A stretch of 64,000 bases of DNA, taken from the NCBI RefSeq assembly GCF_048403405.1, contig NZ_CP183129.1. The stretch is one strand, 5' to 3'. This DNA comes from Escherichia coli. GTDB lineage: Bacteria; Pseudomonadota; Gammaproteobacteria; Enterobacterales; Enterobacteriaceae. Under the pieces are notes generated by a model that worked only from the letters and a program-made list of their open reading frames with translations, made no database searches and had not been told where the DNA came from. Both the position numbers and the translations under genes were made by a program. Positions 12,465 to 25,310 of the stretch are shown here, one piece after another; position 1 is the first letter of the stretch, and every line of letters starts with the position of its first letter.

Positions 12465-14003
12465 ATGACCAATAATCCCCCTTCAGCACAGATTAAGCCC
12501 GGCGAGTATGGTTTTCCTCTTAAGTTAAAAGCCCGTTATGACAACTTTATCGGCGGCGAGTGGGTAGCCCCTGCCGACGGCGAGTATTACCAGAACCTGA
12601 CGCCGGTGACCGGGCAGCTGCTGTGCGAAGTGGCGTCTTCGGGCAAACGAGACATCGATCTGGCGCTGGATGCTGCGCACAAAGTGAAAGATAAATGGGC
12701 GCATACTTCGGTGCAGGATCGTGCGGCGATTCTGTTTAAGATTGCCGATCGAATGGAACAAAACCTTGAACTGTTAGCGACGGCTGAAACCTGGGATAAC
12801 GGCAAACCCATTCGCGAAACCAGTGCTGCTGATGTACCGCTGGCGATTGACCATTTCCGCTATTTCGCCTCGTGTATTCGGGCGCAGGAAGGCGGGATCA
12901 GTGAAGTTGATAGCGAAACCGTGGCCTATCATTTCCATGAACCGTTAGGCGTGGTGGGGCAGATTATCCCGTGGAACTTCCCGCTGCTGATGGCGAGCTG
13001 GAAAATGGCTCCCGCGCTGGCGGCGGGCAACTGTGTGGTGCTGAAACCCGCACGTCTTACCCCGCTTTCTGTACTGCTGCTAATGGAAATCGTCGGTGAT
13101 TTACTGCCGCCGGGCGTGGTGAACGTGGTTAACGGCGCTGGTGGGGAAATTGGCGAATATCTGGCGACCTCGAAACGCATCGCCAAAGTGGCGTTTACCG
13201 GCTCAACGGAAGTGGGCCAACAAATTATGCAGTACGCCACGCAAAATATTATTCCGGTAACCCTGGAACTGGGCGGCAAGTCGCCAAATATCTTCTTTGC
13301 TGATGTGATGGATGAAGAAGATGCCTTTTTCGATAAAGTGCTGGAAGGCTTTGCACTGTTTGCCTTTAACCAGGGCGAAGTTTGCACCTGTCCAAGCCGT
13401 GCTTTAGTGCAGGAGTCTATCTACGAACGCTTCATGGAACGCGCCATCCGCCGTGTTGAAAGTATTCGTAGCGGTAACCCGCTCGACAGCGTGACGCAAA
13501 TGGGCGCGCAGGTATCTCACGGGCAACTGGAAACCATCCTCAATTACATTGATATCGGCAAAAAAGAGGGCGCAGACGTGCTCACCGGCGGGCGGCGCAA
13601 GCTGCTGGAAGGCGAACTGAAAGACGGCTACTACCTCGAACCGACTATTTTGTTTGGTCAGAACAATATGCGGGTGTTCCAGGAGGAGATATTTGGCCCG
13701 GTGCTGGCGGTGACCACCTTCAAAACGATGGAAGAAGCGCTGGAGCTGGCGAACGATACGCAATATGGCCTGGGCGCGGGTGTCTGGAGCCGCAACGGTA
13801 ATCTGGCCTATAAGATGGGGCGCGGCATTCAGGCTGGGCGCGTGTGGACCAACTGTTATCACGCTTACCCGGCACATGCGGCGTTTGGCGGCTACAAACA
13901 GTCGGGCATCGGACGCGAAACCCATAAGATGATGCTTGAGCATTACCAGCAAACCAAGTGCCTGCTGGTGAGCTATTCGGATAAACCGTTGGGGCTGTTC
14001 TGA
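12465..14003 (+). CDS. aldB: aldehyde dehydrogenase B
   Basis: ORF track gives 12375..14003; start chosen at the ATG at 12465 ([15 protein letters not shown]...) preceded by aaggag, giving 512 aa as remembered for AldB. Confidence 0.9.
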   Translation: MTNNPPSAQIKPGEYGFPLKLKARYDNFIGGEWVAPADGEYYQNLTPVTGQLLCEVASSGKRDIDLALDAAHKVKDKWAHTSVQDRAAILFKIADRMEQNLELLATAETWDNGKPIRETSAADVPLAIDHFRYFASCIRAQEGGISEVDSETVAYHFHEPLGVVGQIIPWNFPLLMASWKMAPALAAGNCVVLKPARLTPLSVLLLMEIVGDLLPPGVVNVVNGAGGEIGEYLATSKRIAKVAFTGSTEVGQQIMQYATQNIIPVTLELGGKSPNIFFADVMDEEDAFFDKVLEGFALFAFNQGEVCTCPSRALVQESIYERFMERAIRRVESIRSGNPLDSVTQMGAQVSHGQLETILNYIDIGKKEGADVLTGGRRKLLEGELKDGYYLEPTILFGQNNMRVFQEEIFGPVLAVTTFKTMEEALELANDTQYGLGAGVWSRNGNLAYKMGRGIQAGRVWTNCYHAYPAHAAFGGYKQSGIGRETHKMMLEHYQQTKCLLVSYSDKPLGLF

Positions 14004-14040
14004 TATAAGAAGCTGGTCGCATTGGGTATTCATTGCCTGA

Positions 14041-14102
14041 TGCGACGCTTACGCGTTTTATCATGCCTACGGGGACCTGACCGTAGGCCGGATAAGGCGT
14101 AC
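14041..14102. repeat. REP/PU palindromic unit, left half, split by IS insertion
   Basis: ccgtaggccggataaggcgtac is a PU-type sequence; its palindromic partner acgccgcatccggc resumes right after the IS at 15535. Confidence 0.6.
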
Positions 14103-14144
14103 TGAACTGCACCCCAAATGTTGGACATAATCTGACATCTGAAG

Positions 14145-14675
14145 GTGCAGTTTATGAAACATTCATTTGAAGTAAAAATTGCCGCTGTAAATCATTACCT
14201 GGCCGGTCATGCAGGCATCATTTCTACGGCAAAACTCTTTCAACTTTCTCACACCAGCCTCTCACACTGGATTAATCTTTTTCTTCTTCACGGTCCTCGG
14301 GCACTGGATTGCAGACACAGGCGTAGCTATTCTCCTGAAGATAAACTTTGCGTGGTTCTTTATGCTCTCGGGCATTCTGAGTCTCTACCCCGGGTAGCTG
14401 CCCGGTTTAACATTCCCAGCCACAACACGGTTAAAAACTGGATAAAAGGCTACCGCAAATCTGGTAATGAGGCCTTTATCAGGCGCAGGAAGGAGAAAAG
14501 CATGACCCGTTCTGATGATACCCATGAAAACGAAGCAAACATGACGCCGGAAGAGATGAAGAATGAGCTGCGTTATCTTCGCGCAGAAAATGCATATCTG
14601 AAAGCCATGCAGGAGCATCTCCTGGAAAAAAAGCGCCAGGAGCTGGAGAAAAAACGAAAGTCATCCGGAGCCTGA
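14145..14675 (+). CDS. IS3-family transposase OrfA (helix-turn-helix and leucine-zipper region)
   Basis: 176-aa ORF with the same architecture as IS150 InsJ but a different sequence. Confidence 0.85.
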   Translation: MQFMKHSFEVKIAAVNHYLAGHAGIISTAKLFQLSHTSLSHWINLFLLHGPRALDCRHRRSYSPEDKLCVVLYALGHSESLPRVAARFNIPSHNTVKNWIKGYRKSGNEAFIRRRKEKSMTRSDDTHENEANMTPEEMKNELRYLRAENAYLKAMQEHLLEKKRQELEKKRKSSGA

Positions 14676-14779
14676 GGTGCGGACACTGCCAGTCTGACCT
14701 GTTAAAGGCTGCAGGGCTGGCCAGAAGCACGCTGTACTACCAGCTGTCACTGCAGAAGGCTAAGGACAAGTATGCTGAT

Positions 14780-15535
<756 letters not shown>

Positions 15536-15664
15536 ACACGCCGCATCCGGCATAAACAAAGCGCACGTTGTTACAATTTACGTTTTAAACCTACGTGCGC
15601 AATAACCCAATAACCCAGACTACGCCAACAGAAGTGCGTTTCTGGGGCGTGTTTTGCCAGGAGT

Positions 15665-15877
15665 TTAATCTCGCGTTTCGATGGTGAGCGGGCGAACCAG
15701 ACCATAAATCACCATTGGCGTTCCGAGGCCAATCAGCAATAAACGGTAGATAATTGAAGGTTTAATACGCTTAATCTGTACTGTGGATGTTTTACTGGAG
15801 TTATTCATTAGTTTGGCCAATAGTTCCATTATTTCAATATGATAAGCCTCGCACTGTTGAAAAGCCAGGCTGCACAT
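15665..15877 (-). CDS. hypothetical small protein with hydrophobic C-terminal segment
   Basis: 70-codon ORF divergent from yiaW; no homology recognised; may be spurious. Confidence 0.2.
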   Translation of the reverse strand: MCSLAFQQCEAYHIEIMELLAKLMNNSSKTSTVQIKRIKPSIIYRLLLIGLGTPMVIYGLVRPLTIETRD

Positions 15878-15990
15878 TTCAGAAAGTATATAAAAAACAA
15901 TATGTCGTTATATAAATAAGGAAATTGCACCGCATTATGGTATTTCATAATATGCGTTAATTGTTCTTTTCTATATTCTCTGAGGGAAAT

Positions 15991-16314
15991 ATGTTCCTGG
16001 ATTATTTTGCATTGGGAGTGCTTATTTTTGTATTTCTGGTGATATTCTATGGGATTATTATTTTACATGATGTTCCCTACCTGATTGCTAAAAAACGTAA
16101 TCATCCACATGCCGACGCCATTCATGTTGCTGGTTGGGTAAGTCTTTTTACGTTACATGTTATCTGGCCATTTTTGTGGATTTGGGCCACGCTTTACCGC
16201 CCGGAGCGGGGATGGGGAATGCAAAACCATGACTCCTCCGTTGTGCAACTACAACAGCGTATTGCCGGGCTGGAGAAACAGCTCGCCGACATCAAATCCT
16301 CTTCTGCCGAGTAA
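15991..16314 (+). CDS. yiaW: DUF3302-family small inner-membrane protein
   Basis: 107 aa from the ATG at 15991 ([13 protein letters not shown]...); two hydrophobic segments then a coiled-coil tail; ends 5 bp before yiaV. Confidence 0.85.
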   Translation: MFLDYFALGVLIFVFLVIFYGIIILHDVPYLIAKKRNHPHADAIHVAGWVSLFTLHVIWPFLWIWATLYRPERGWGMQNHDSSVVQLQQRIAGLEKQLADIKSSSAE

Positions 16315-16319
16315 TACTT

Positions 16320-17456
16320 ATGGATTTACTGATTATTTTAACCTATGTGGCTTTCGCATGGGCAATGTTTAAGATCTTCAAAATTCCTGTAAATAAATGG
16401 ACCATTCCCACAGCGGCCCTGGGTGGCATATTTATTGTCAGCGGTTTAATTCTGTTAATGAACTATAACCATCCGTATACCTTTAAAGCGCAAAAAGCGG
16501 TTATTTCTATTCCTGTTGTCCCACAGGTGACAGGCGTGGTGATCGAAGTGACGGACAAGAAAAATACGCTGATTAAAAAAGGTGAGGTGCTATTTCGACT
16601 GGACCCGACGCGTTATCAGGCGCGGGTGGATCGGCTGATGGCGGATATCGTTACCGCAGAACATAAACAGCGGGCGTTGGGCGCAGAGTTAGATGAGATG
16701 GCGGCGAATACTCAGCAGGCAAAGGCCACGCGGGATAAATTCGCTAAAGAGTATCAGCGTTACGCACGCGGCAGTCAGGCGAAAGTAAACCCGTTTTCAG
16801 AACGTGATATCGATGTGGCGCGGCAAAATTATCTGGCACAGGAAGCCTCCGTAAAATCAGCGGCGGCGGAACAAAAACAGATCCTGAGCCAGCTGGATAG
16901 CCTGGTGTTGGGTGAACATTCTCAAATCGCCAGCCTGAAAGCACAGCTCGCGGAAGCAAAATATAACCTTGAGCAGACGATAGTGCGTGCGCCGAGCGAT
17001 GGTTATGTGACCCAGGTACTGATTCGTCCGGGTACCTATGCCGCGTCGCTGCCGCTACGTCCGGTGATGGTGTTTATACCCGATCAGAAACGACAAATCG
17101 TGGCGCAGTTCCGTCAGAACTCCTTGCTGCGACTGGCTCCTGGCGACGATGCGGAAGTGGTGTTTAATGCTCTGCCAGGTAAGGTATTCAGCGGTAAGCT
17201 GGCAGCCATTAGTCCAGCCGTTCCCGGCGGAGCTTATCAGTCGACCGGCACCTTACAGACGTTAAACACAGCGCCGGGTTCAGATGGCGTTATCGCGACC
17301 ATTGAACTGGATGAGCATACTGATTTGAGCGCATTACCAGACGGTATTTACGCCCAGGTGGCGGTCTACTCTGATCATTTCAGCCATGTCTCGGTGATGC
17401 GCAAAGTACTGTTACGCATGACCAGCTGGGTGCATTACCTTTATCTCGATCATTAA
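16320..17456 (+). CDS. yiaV: HlyD-family membrane fusion protein
   Basis: 378-aa ORF, N-terminal membrane anchor plus coiled-coil/barrel-sandwich-type sequence; paralog of the yibH fragment at the window start. Confidence 0.9.
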   Translation: MDLLIILTYVAFAWAMFKIFKIPVNKWTIPTAALGGIFIVSGLILLMNYNHPYTFKAQKAVISIPVVPQVTGVVIEVTDKKNTLIKKGEVLFRLDPTRYQARVDRLMADIVTAEHKQRALGAELDEMAANTQQAKATRDKFAKEYQRYARGSQAKVNPFSERDIDVARQNYLAQEASVKSAAAEQKQILSQLDSLVLGEHSQIASLKAQLAEAKYNLEQTIVRAPSDGYVTQVLIRPGTYAASLPLRPVMVFIPDQKRQIVAQFRQNSLLRLAPGDDAEVVFNALPGKVFSGKLAAISPAVPGGAYQSTGTLQTLNTAPGSDGVIATIELDEHTDLSALPDGIYAQVAVYSDHFSHVSVMRKVLLRMTSWVHYLYLDH

Positions 17457-18427
17457 TCTTCGCTTTCCGCCGTTTGTTCAGGCCGCAGTTGCTGCGACTG
17501 AGCAAGCTGGTGGCGAATTTCACGCAGCATTTCATCCAGCACATACTGGACCCGCCAGGGCTGGTATTCCCGTTTACGGAAGATAGCCACCAGATCCAGC
17601 CACCATTCATACGGGTGCTGAAAGCAGGGCACCAGCGTGCCGTCTTGCAGGTCGCTCTGCACACTTTTGTCTGGCGCAAACACAATCCCCAGGTGATTTC
17701 GTGCCAGCTCCAGCGCAGATTGCGTGTTGTCGCAAACGTAATTTCCCTTCACGCGATAATCCCGCACCTCTTTACTCCCGGCGACGTTGAAGCGCCAGAT
17801 ATTCGCGTCGTCGATCATCATCGAGTCGATCAAAATACAGGAGCGATGTTCGAGTTCGTCAGGACGGCTAATGGGATGTTTCTCAAGATAGCGCTGGCTG
17901 GCATAAGCGGTTACGGCATATTGGGTAATAAAACTGGCAACCAGCGATTCATCTTTTGGTTGGGCGTAGCTGATTAAAACATCACAATCATCGGGAAATT
18001 CGACGCCTTCATAAAAGGCATTACGCTCAAGATTGCAGGTTTTTAGCGATAAGGTGATATCACCGATATCTTTAATTTTATCGATTACATGTTTGGATAA
18101 ATAGGTAATTATGCCGGTTGGTGCATAGATAGTGACCCGACCACGTTTCTCATGCTTATAATCTGCAATAAAATTATTAAGCTGCTCGTTTCTGTCCAGC
18201 ATGTCGTTGATGTACGGTAACAGCACGGTGCCAAAAGGTGTGAGCATCAGCTGTCGGGTGGTTCGGTCAAAGACTTTTAAACCCACTTTTGATTCAAAAT
18301 CAGCAAGATATTTGCTGACGTTGGCCTGTGCGATGCCAAGTACAGTCGCGGCATGGCTGATATTTTCACTGGCAGCGATTACCGAGATAATTTTTAACTC
18401 CCGGTACTTAAGTTGTAATTTTGTCAT
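17453..18427 (-). CDS. yiaU: LysR-family transcriptional regulator
   Basis: 324-aa ORF with N-terminal LysR-type HTH; convergent with yiaV (4-bp 3' overlap). Confidence 0.9.
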   Translation of the reverse strand: MTKLQLKYRELKIISVIAASENISHAATVLGIAQANVSKYLADFESKVGLKVFDRTTRQLMLTPFGTVLLPYINDMLDRNEQLNNFIADYKHEKRGRVTIYAPTGIITYLSKHVIDKIKDIGDITLSLKTCNLERNAFYEGVEFPDDCDVLISYAQPKDESLVASFITQYAVTAYASQRYLEKHPISRPDELEHRSCILIDSMMIDDANIWRFNVAGSKEVRDYRVKGNYVCDNTQSALELARNHLGIVFAPDKSVQSDLQDGTLVPCFQHPYEWWLDLVAIFRKREYQPWRVQYVLDEMLREIRHQLAQSQQLRPEQTAESED

Positions 18428-18550
18428 CGCAACAGCCCAATTATATATAATTTTATATATTACTATATAAATATGAATCTTGCACCGGATAAATTGTAAG
18501 CATTACTATGCCGACTCTTTTTTATCTTATTTTAAAATGGAATACCGGAC

Positions 18551-19291
18551 ATGTTAATTAACCGCAATATTGTGGCGTTATTTGCGTTGCCTTTTATGGC
18601 AAGCGCAACTGCTTCTGAATTATCCATTGGTGCTGGTGCGGCTTATAATGAATCGCCTTATCGCGGTTATAATGAAAATACAAAGGCAATTCCGCTGATT
18701 AGTTATGAAGGTGATACTTTTTATGTTCGTCAGACCACGTTAGGTTTTATTCTGTCGCAAAGTGAAAAAAATGAACTTAGCCTGACCGCATCCTGGATGC
18801 CGCTGGAATTTGACCCTGCCGATAATGACGATTATGCCATGCAACAGCTTGATAAGCGTGATAGTACGGCTATGGCGGGGGTTGCCTGGTATCACCACGA
18901 GCGTTGGGGAACCGTGAAAGCCTCTGCGGCTGCGGACGTTCTGGATAACAGCAACGGCTGGGTGGGGGAGCTATCGGTATTCCACAAAATGCAGATAGGT
19001 CGCCTGTCGCTGACACCTGCGCTGGGCGTTCTCTATTATGACGAGAATTTCAGTGACTATTACTATGGCATTTCAGAGAGTGAGTCCCGTCGTAGCGGTC
19101 TGGCAAGTTATTCCGCGCAGGATGCCTGGGTGCCCTATGTCAGCCTGACGGCAAAATACCCGATAGGAGAGCACGTCGTATTGATGGCGAGCGCAGGATA
19201 CAGCGAGCTGCCGGAAGAGATTACCGACAGCCCGATGGTTGATCGTAATGAGAGTTTTACCTTTGTCACTGGCGTGAGCTGGCGTTTTTAA
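18551..19291 (+). CDS. yiaT: MipA/OmpV-family outer membrane protein
   Basis: 246-aa ORF with signal peptide and beta-barrel-like alternating pattern ending ...GVSWRF. Confidence 0.85.
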   Translation: MLINRNIVALFALPFMASATASELSIGAGAAYNESPYRGYNENTKAIPLISYEGDTFYVRQTTLGFILSQSEKNELSLTASWMPLEFDPADNDDYAMQQLDKRDSTAMAGVAWYHHERWGTVKASAAADVLDNSNGWVGELSVFHKMQIGRLSLTPALGVLYYDENFSDYYYGISESESRRSGLASYSAQDAWVPYVSLTAKYPIGEHVVLMASAGYSELPEEITDSPMVDRNESFTFVTGVSWRF

Positions 19292-19335
19292 TTCACCGGT
19301 GGATGTCGGTGCGGCTGGCCTACGCTCTCGCACCG

Positions 19336-20116
<781 letters not shown>

Positions 20117-20220
20117 ATCAGCATACTTGTCCTTAGCCTTCTGCAGTGACAGCTGGTAGTACAGCGTGCTTCTGGCCAGCCCTGCAGCCTTTAACAGGTC
20201 AGACTGGCAGTGTCCGCACC

Positions 20221-20751
20221 TCAGGCTCCGGATGACTTTCGTTTTTTCTCCAGCTCCTGGCGCTTTTTTTCCAGGAGATGCTCCTGCATGGCTTTCAGAT
20301 ATGCATTTTCTGCGCGAAGATAACGCAGCTCATTCTTCATCTCTTCCGGCGTCATGTTTGCTTCGTTTTCATGGGTATCATCAGAACGGGTCATGCTTTT
20401 CTCCTTCCTGCGCCTGATAAAGGCCTCATTACCAGATTTGCGGTAGCCTTTTATCCAGTTTTTAACCGTGTTGTGGCTGGGAATGTTAAACCGGGCAGCT
20501 ACCCGGGGTAGAGACTCAGAATGCCCGAGAGCATAAAGAACCACGCAAAGTTTATCTTCAGGAGAATAGCTACGCCTGTGTCTGCAATCCAGTGCCCGAG
20601 GACCGTGAAGAAGAAAAAGATTAATCCAGTGTGAGAGGCTGGTGTGAGAAAGTTGAAAGAGTTTTGCCGTAGAAATGATGCCTGCATGACCGGCCAGGTA
20701 ATGATTTACAGCGGCAATTTTTACTTCAAATGAATGTTTCATAAACTGCAC
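20221..20751 (-). CDS. IS3-family transposase OrfA, copy 2
   Basis: 176-aa translation identical to 14145..14675. Confidence 0.85.
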   Translation of the reverse strand: MQFMKHSFEVKIAAVNHYLAGHAGIISTAKLFQLSHTSLSHWINLFLLHGPRALDCRHRRSYSPEDKLCVVLYALGHSESLPRVAARFNIPSHNTVKNWIKGYRKSGNEAFIRRRKEKSMTRSDDTHENEANMTPEEMKNELRYLRAENAYLKAMQEHLLEKKRQELEKKRKSSGA

Positions 20752-20856
20752 CTTCAGATGTCAGATTATGTCCAACATTTGGGGTGCAGTTCAGTTAAGC
20801 GTCGCATCAGGCAATGTGCACCCTACGGTGGATGCGGCGCGAGTGCCTTATCCAAC

Positions 20857-22827
20857 CTACGGATGGCAATGCTTTTCCTCATTCACCCAGATCCGCATTT
20901 CGCCTTCACCCCGGTTGGCCCAGCTAAACCACGGGATAAACGTTAGAGTTTGCGGCTGGCGTTTGGCTGGCGCGCTGTCGTAATGCCACAGCGGTTGCTG
21001 CTCTGGATTGCTCTGTTCATACCGGTAACCCGGAGCCTGGATTAAGATCTTATGGCGGAACAATCCCTTGCCTTCAAATGTCGTAAATGGCGCATCGGCG
21101 GGCAGCCACAGGTTATGCAGTGACTCGCCGTTGTCGGCCTGTTCCAGGCAATACACCAGCGGGCCGCGCTGAATCGCCACTTTTCCGGCGACGTGACGCA
21201 CCTGAGGGTTACCGTAAACGCGGCGTACCGGCATCGGCAAAGTCAGATTCAGCGTATCGCCCTCCTGCCATTCGCGGGTAATGTGCAAATACCCTTTACG
21301 AATATCCTGCCCGACCTCTTCCCCATTCAATATGATCTGCGGCTGTGTGCACCAGTCCGGCAGACGTAAAGCCAGCGTATGACGCACCGGCTGGGGCGAT
21401 TCAACCGCAATCGTCACCTGCTCCTGCCACGGATAGTTTCCGCTAACCCGCAGACGCAGCGTGCCATTTTCTACCGGCACTTCCATGCTGTTTCCTGCGT
21501 AGATGTTGATATACAACGCATCTTCACGCGGCGTGTAGAGATAATGACCAATCGAGGTTAGCACGCGGGCGATATTTGGCGGACAACAAGCGCAACCAAA
21601 CCAACGCTGGCGGATCGGCTTAACGTGATCGTAGATATGGTTGAATTTTAACGTTTTTGGATGCACTTCCAGCGGATTCACATAGAAGAAATGTTTGCCA
21701 TCCAGCGCCATGCCGCCGAGCACGGTGTTGTACAGTGCGCGCTCCATCACATCGGCATATTGACTGTCGCCTTCCATTTCCAGCATTCGCCGGGCGAACA
21801 TCATCAGGCCGATGGAAGCACAGCTTTCGGCGTATACCGTGTCATTCGGCAGATCGTAATCGCTGCTGAACGCTTCGCCGCTGCTTTGTGAGCCAATGCC
21901 GCCGGTAATATATAACTGACGCTGGGCCATATTGTTCCACAGCCGCAGGCAATCCTGACGCTTGCTTTCATCGTGACTTAAACGCGCCAGATGTGCGACG
22001 CCAGTCATCAGATATACAAAGCGTACTGCATGTCCGATGGCGGTTTGTTGCTGTGCGATGGGTAAATGCGCCTGGCTGTAGGCTTTATCTTTCACCATCC
22101 ACGCCGGGCCGTAGGTGTGCCAGTGCGAGGTCTGCCCGCGCTTTTCATATTCCTGGTCGTAATAGTGCGGTTGCGCACCACGCTGTTCGACAAAATAGTT
22201 CGCCAGCGCCAGGTAGCGCGGCTCTTCGGTCACTTCATACAGGCGCATTAGTGCCAGTTCAATTTCCGGGTGACCAGGATAACCGTGTAACTTACTTTCA
22301 CCTGGACCAAATACGCTGTCGATATGATCGGCCAGACGGCAAACCACTTCCAGCAAGCGCCGCTTGCCCGTGGCCTGGAAGAAGGCGACTCCGGCTTCAA
22401 TCAGATGACCGGCGCAGTAAAGTTCATGACACTCCGCCAGATTGCTCCAGCGTTCTTCGGGCGCTTTTACCGTAAAGTAAGTATTGAGATAGCCATCTTC
22501 GCACTGGGCGGAAGCGACCAGTTCGATTACCTCGTCAGCAGTTTTTTCCAGTTCGGCATCCGGCTTCTGGCACAGCGACCAGGCTACCGCTTCCAGCCAT
22601 TTGGCGACGTCGCTGTCCTGAAACACCATCCCGTAAAATTCACCGTCTTGCAGTCCTGCGGCAATGCGAAAGTTTTCAATCGCATGGCTGGGTTCCGCTT
22701 CTGGGATACGATCGTTCAAGGCATCCCACTGATAAGGAATCACCACGTCGCGGACCAGTTGTTGGTACTGACCGAGGAACGGATCGCTGACCGTCAGTTT
22801 ATGCAGATCGACTTCCGAAATGTTCAT
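20857..22827 (-). CDS. glycoside hydrolase family 127 (DUF1680, HypBA1-type beta-L-arabinofuranosidase-like), cytoplasmic
   Basis: about 656 aa; cysteine-rich signature WFGCACCPPNIARV typical of the HypBA1 family; no signal peptide; start taken at the third in-frame Met (MNISEVDL), true start uncertain. Confidence 0.75.
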   Translation of the reverse strand: MNISEVDLHKLTVSDPFLGQYQQLVRDVVIPYQWDALNDRIPEAEPSHAIENFRIAAGLQDGEFYGMVFQDSDVAKWLEAVAWSLCQKPDAELEKTADEVIELVASAQCEDGYLNTYFTVKAPEERWSNLAECHELYCAGHLIEAGVAFFQATGKRRLLEVVCRLADHIDSVFGPGESKLHGYPGHPEIELALMRLYEVTEEPRYLALANYFVEQRGAQPHYYDQEYEKRGQTSHWHTYGPAWMVKDKAYSQAHLPIAQQQTAIGHAVRFVYLMTGVAHLARLSHDESKRQDCLRLWNNMAQRQLYITGGIGSQSSGEAFSSDYDLPNDTVYAESCASIGLMMFARRMLEMEGDSQYADVMERALYNTVLGGMALDGKHFFYVNPLEVHPKTLKFNHIYDHVKPIRQRWFGCACCPPNIARVLTSIGHYLYTPREDALYINIYAGNSMEVPVENGTLRLRVSGNYPWQEQVTIAVESPQPVRHTLALRLPDWCTQPQIILNGEEVGQDIRKGYLHITREWQEGDTLNLTLPMPVRRVYGNPQVRHVAGKVAIQRGPLVYCLEQADNGESLHNLWLPADAPFTTFEGKGLFRHKILIQAPGYRYEQSNPEQQPLWHYDSAPAKRQPQTLTFIPWFSWANRGEGEMRIWVNEEKHCHP

Positions 22828-22837
22828 CTTGTGCTCC

Positions 22838-24238
22838 TTAAGGCTGTACATGACGCTGACGCAGGTCGCTAGCAATGCGTGACATCATAGGGTTATTGAG
22901 TTTGCAAAAGCGGATCGCCCCTGCCAGCAGCAGGTGGAATAGCGCAGGCAGCAATGTTTCCATCGCCGTGATCCCGCCAAGCGAACTGGTGGTCTGGTTT
23001 TCCACGCCTGGCTGGTAGGCGACAAAAATAAACAGCAGGCTGATGATCCCGGCGCTGGAGGCCCAGGCCAGCTTGATGAAAAACAGATTGAAGGCGAAGT
23101 TCATGCCGGAAGAACGTACGCGGGTTTTCCACTCGCCGTAGTCATCGGCAAAGGCCATCAATGAGAAGTGCAGTGGCAATGTGAAGCCAAGAATCACGCC
23201 ATTACCGAGGATCACCGCCAGCCACAGCGTTTGATAAGCCGGGCCGGAGGGCAGGAACCACATCAACACCGCCAGCGCAGCGAGGAGCAGGTTGGTGTAG
23301 TAATAAATTTTGACGGTATCGAAACGCCGCGTTAACGGGCTGACAATCACCGAGCCGATAATGGAGGCGAAGGTGACCATGGTGAAGAACAGCGACGTGT
23401 AGCCCGTACTGCCTTGTAAGACGTAGGTAATGAAGTACATATACCCACCGCCGCGAATGTTAAAGACGTTAATCAGCAGGAAAGACATGACCAGCATCAG
23501 CAGTAGTTGGTCGTTGTTTCGCAGCCCGGCAAGATGTTCGCGCAGGGTAAATTTCCCCATTGTGGAGAGTGGCACCCGTTCACGAACCCAGAAGAAACAG
23601 CACAGGAACATCACCACAGCGATGGCGCACAGCACGCCGACGCCCAGTTGATAGCCGCGCGCGGCATTACCCTGACCGAAGAGATCTACCATCCACGGTA
23701 AGCCTACCGAAACCAGAAATCCCGCTACGCCGCAGAGAACGAATCGCCAGGACTGGCAGGAGATCACTTCATTGTGGCGGGTGGTCATGGTGTTGATCAG
23801 CGCGCAGTACGGCACGTTGATGGCGGTATAACCGACTGAAAGGAGCAGGTAAGTGCCGAACGCCCAGGCGATTTTTACTCCCATGCTGGCATCTGGCACG
23901 GTGAACGTCAGGATGCCGATAATGCCGATGGGAATGGCAATCCATAACTGCCACGGACGAAAGCGCCCCCAGCGACTTTGCGTCCGGTCGGCAATGACGC
24001 CCATCACCGGGTCGGAGATGGCATCAAACACGCGCAGTGCAATAAACAGCGTGCCGACCAGCGCCGGAGTTAAGCCAAAAACGTCGGTGTAGAAAAAGGT
24101 GAGAAAGTTCATGATCAGGCAAGTTATTACGGTGCCGCCTGCGTCACCCAGGCCGTAGCCTATTTTTTCCCGTACAGATAACGCATCGTCAATTTTACCT
24201 TTAGCGATATCAGCGGCAGTAATCGGTGTAGAGGTCAT
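22838..24238 (-). CDS. glycoside-pentoside-hexuronide (GPH) family cation symporter
   Basis: 466-aa polytopic membrane ORF with MelB/YicJ-type motifs ([29 protein letters not shown]). Confidence 0.85.
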   Translation of the reverse strand: MTSTPITAADIAKGKIDDALSVREKIGYGLGDAGGTVITCLIMNFLTFFYTDVFGLTPALVGTLFIALRVFDAISDPVMGVIADRTQSRWGRFRPWQLWIAIPIGIIGILTFTVPDASMGVKIAWAFGTYLLLSVGYTAINVPYCALINTMTTRHNEVISCQSWRFVLCGVAGFLVSVGLPWMVDLFGQGNAARGYQLGVGVLCAIAVVMFLCCFFWVRERVPLSTMGKFTLREHLAGLRNNDQLLLMLVMSFLLINVFNIRGGGYMYFITYVLQGSTGYTSLFFTMVTFASIIGSVIVSPLTRRFDTVKIYYYTNLLLAALAVLMWFLPSGPAYQTLWLAVILGNGVILGFTLPLHFSLMAFADDYGEWKTRVRSSGMNFAFNLFFIKLAWASSAGIISLLFIFVAYQPGVENQTTSSLGGITAMETLLPALFHLLLAGAIRFCKLNNPMMSRIASDLRQRHVQP

Positions 24239-24463
24239 AGATATTCCTCGTGAATAGGGAGCAATTTTTAGTTTTATTGCAATGACCTGATTAATTCTGC
24301 CGTGAACGGGAATATCAACAAGGCGAGAAAAGAGTAAAAAAAGGTGACGATTCCGACCTGAATTTAAAAGTGTGAAATGGATCAGGTGAATTTAATGTTT
24401 TTGATTAATAATCAAAAGGTAATGTGTTTAATCATTAATGAATAAGCGGGAAATTACATATCA

Positions 24464-25279
24464 ATGCTCGAATTATCCATGACGTTACCGATTAAAGTGC
24501 AAAATGGTGGATTATTTATTTCCCGTGGCGTAGGGAGGCATCCGGCAAGGCGGCTGGAGTCATGGGAAATTATCTTTGTCGAAAAAGGTCGATTAACGAT
24601 TCAGGAAGAAGAGCGGATATTTCTGGTCGATGCGGGAGAGAGTTTATTACTCTGGCCGAACCGACAGCATGTTGGGGTAGAGGATTTTCCCGCCGATCTC
24701 AAATTTTACTGGCTGCATTTTGAGGTTAAAGCGCCGGATAGCGACCCGCGCTGGCTCACTCATCTTAGCGTGCCGCAACAAACGAAGGTTGCCGATCCGC
24801 AGGCGCTGGTGGCCCTGTTTCGCCAGTTCTTAAGCGAACAGGAAAAGCATCAACGCACTCCGGCGCTGGAGTTTATTGTGCTGCTGATTTTGCAGCAGCT
24901 CACCCGTGACGCGCGTCTTGATGAACAGGCCGATGCCGCAGGTACCACGCTTGCCTGGAAAGCGCAGAAACTGATCCGCACGCAATATCATCGCCCGCTT
25001 TCTACGGCGCTTTTAGCCCGCGAGCTGTACTGCAATGCCGATTATCTTGGGCGTGTCTATCGGCGGGTGTTTCATCTGACGTTAACAGAAGCAATTCATC
25101 GCCAGCGAGTGCGCGAAGCCGAAAAGCTGTTAATTAGCGAAGCGCGATCGCTCACTGAAGTGGCGGCGTTGTGCGGGTTTAATGACGTTGGCTATTTCCG
25201 GCAGATTTTTCGCAAACACACCGGTTTAACGCCAGCTGCGTGGAAGCGACGTTACAGCAAGGAACATATCAATTCGTAG
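24464..25279 (+). CDS. AraC/XylS-family transcriptional regulator
   Basis: 271-aa ORF with C-terminal AraC-type double HTH (..AALCGFNDVGYFRQIFRKHTGLTPAAWKRRY); divergent from the transporter gene. Confidence 0.85.
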   Translation: MLELSMTLPIKVQNGGLFISRGVGRHPARRLESWEIIFVEKGRLTIQEEERIFLVDAGESLLLWPNRQHVGVEDFPADLKFYWLHFEVKAPDSDPRWLTHLSVPQQTKVADPQALVALFRQFLSEQEKHQRTPALEFIVLLILQQLTRDARLDEQADAAGTTLAWKAQKLIRTQYHRPLSTALLARELYCNADYLGRVYRRVFHLTLTEAIHRQRVREAEKLLISEARSLTEVAALCGFNDVGYFRQIFRKHTGLTPAAWKRRYSKEHINS

Positions 25280-25310
25280 TGCCGGGGCAATGAAGCCCCG
25301 GCGTGAGGGA

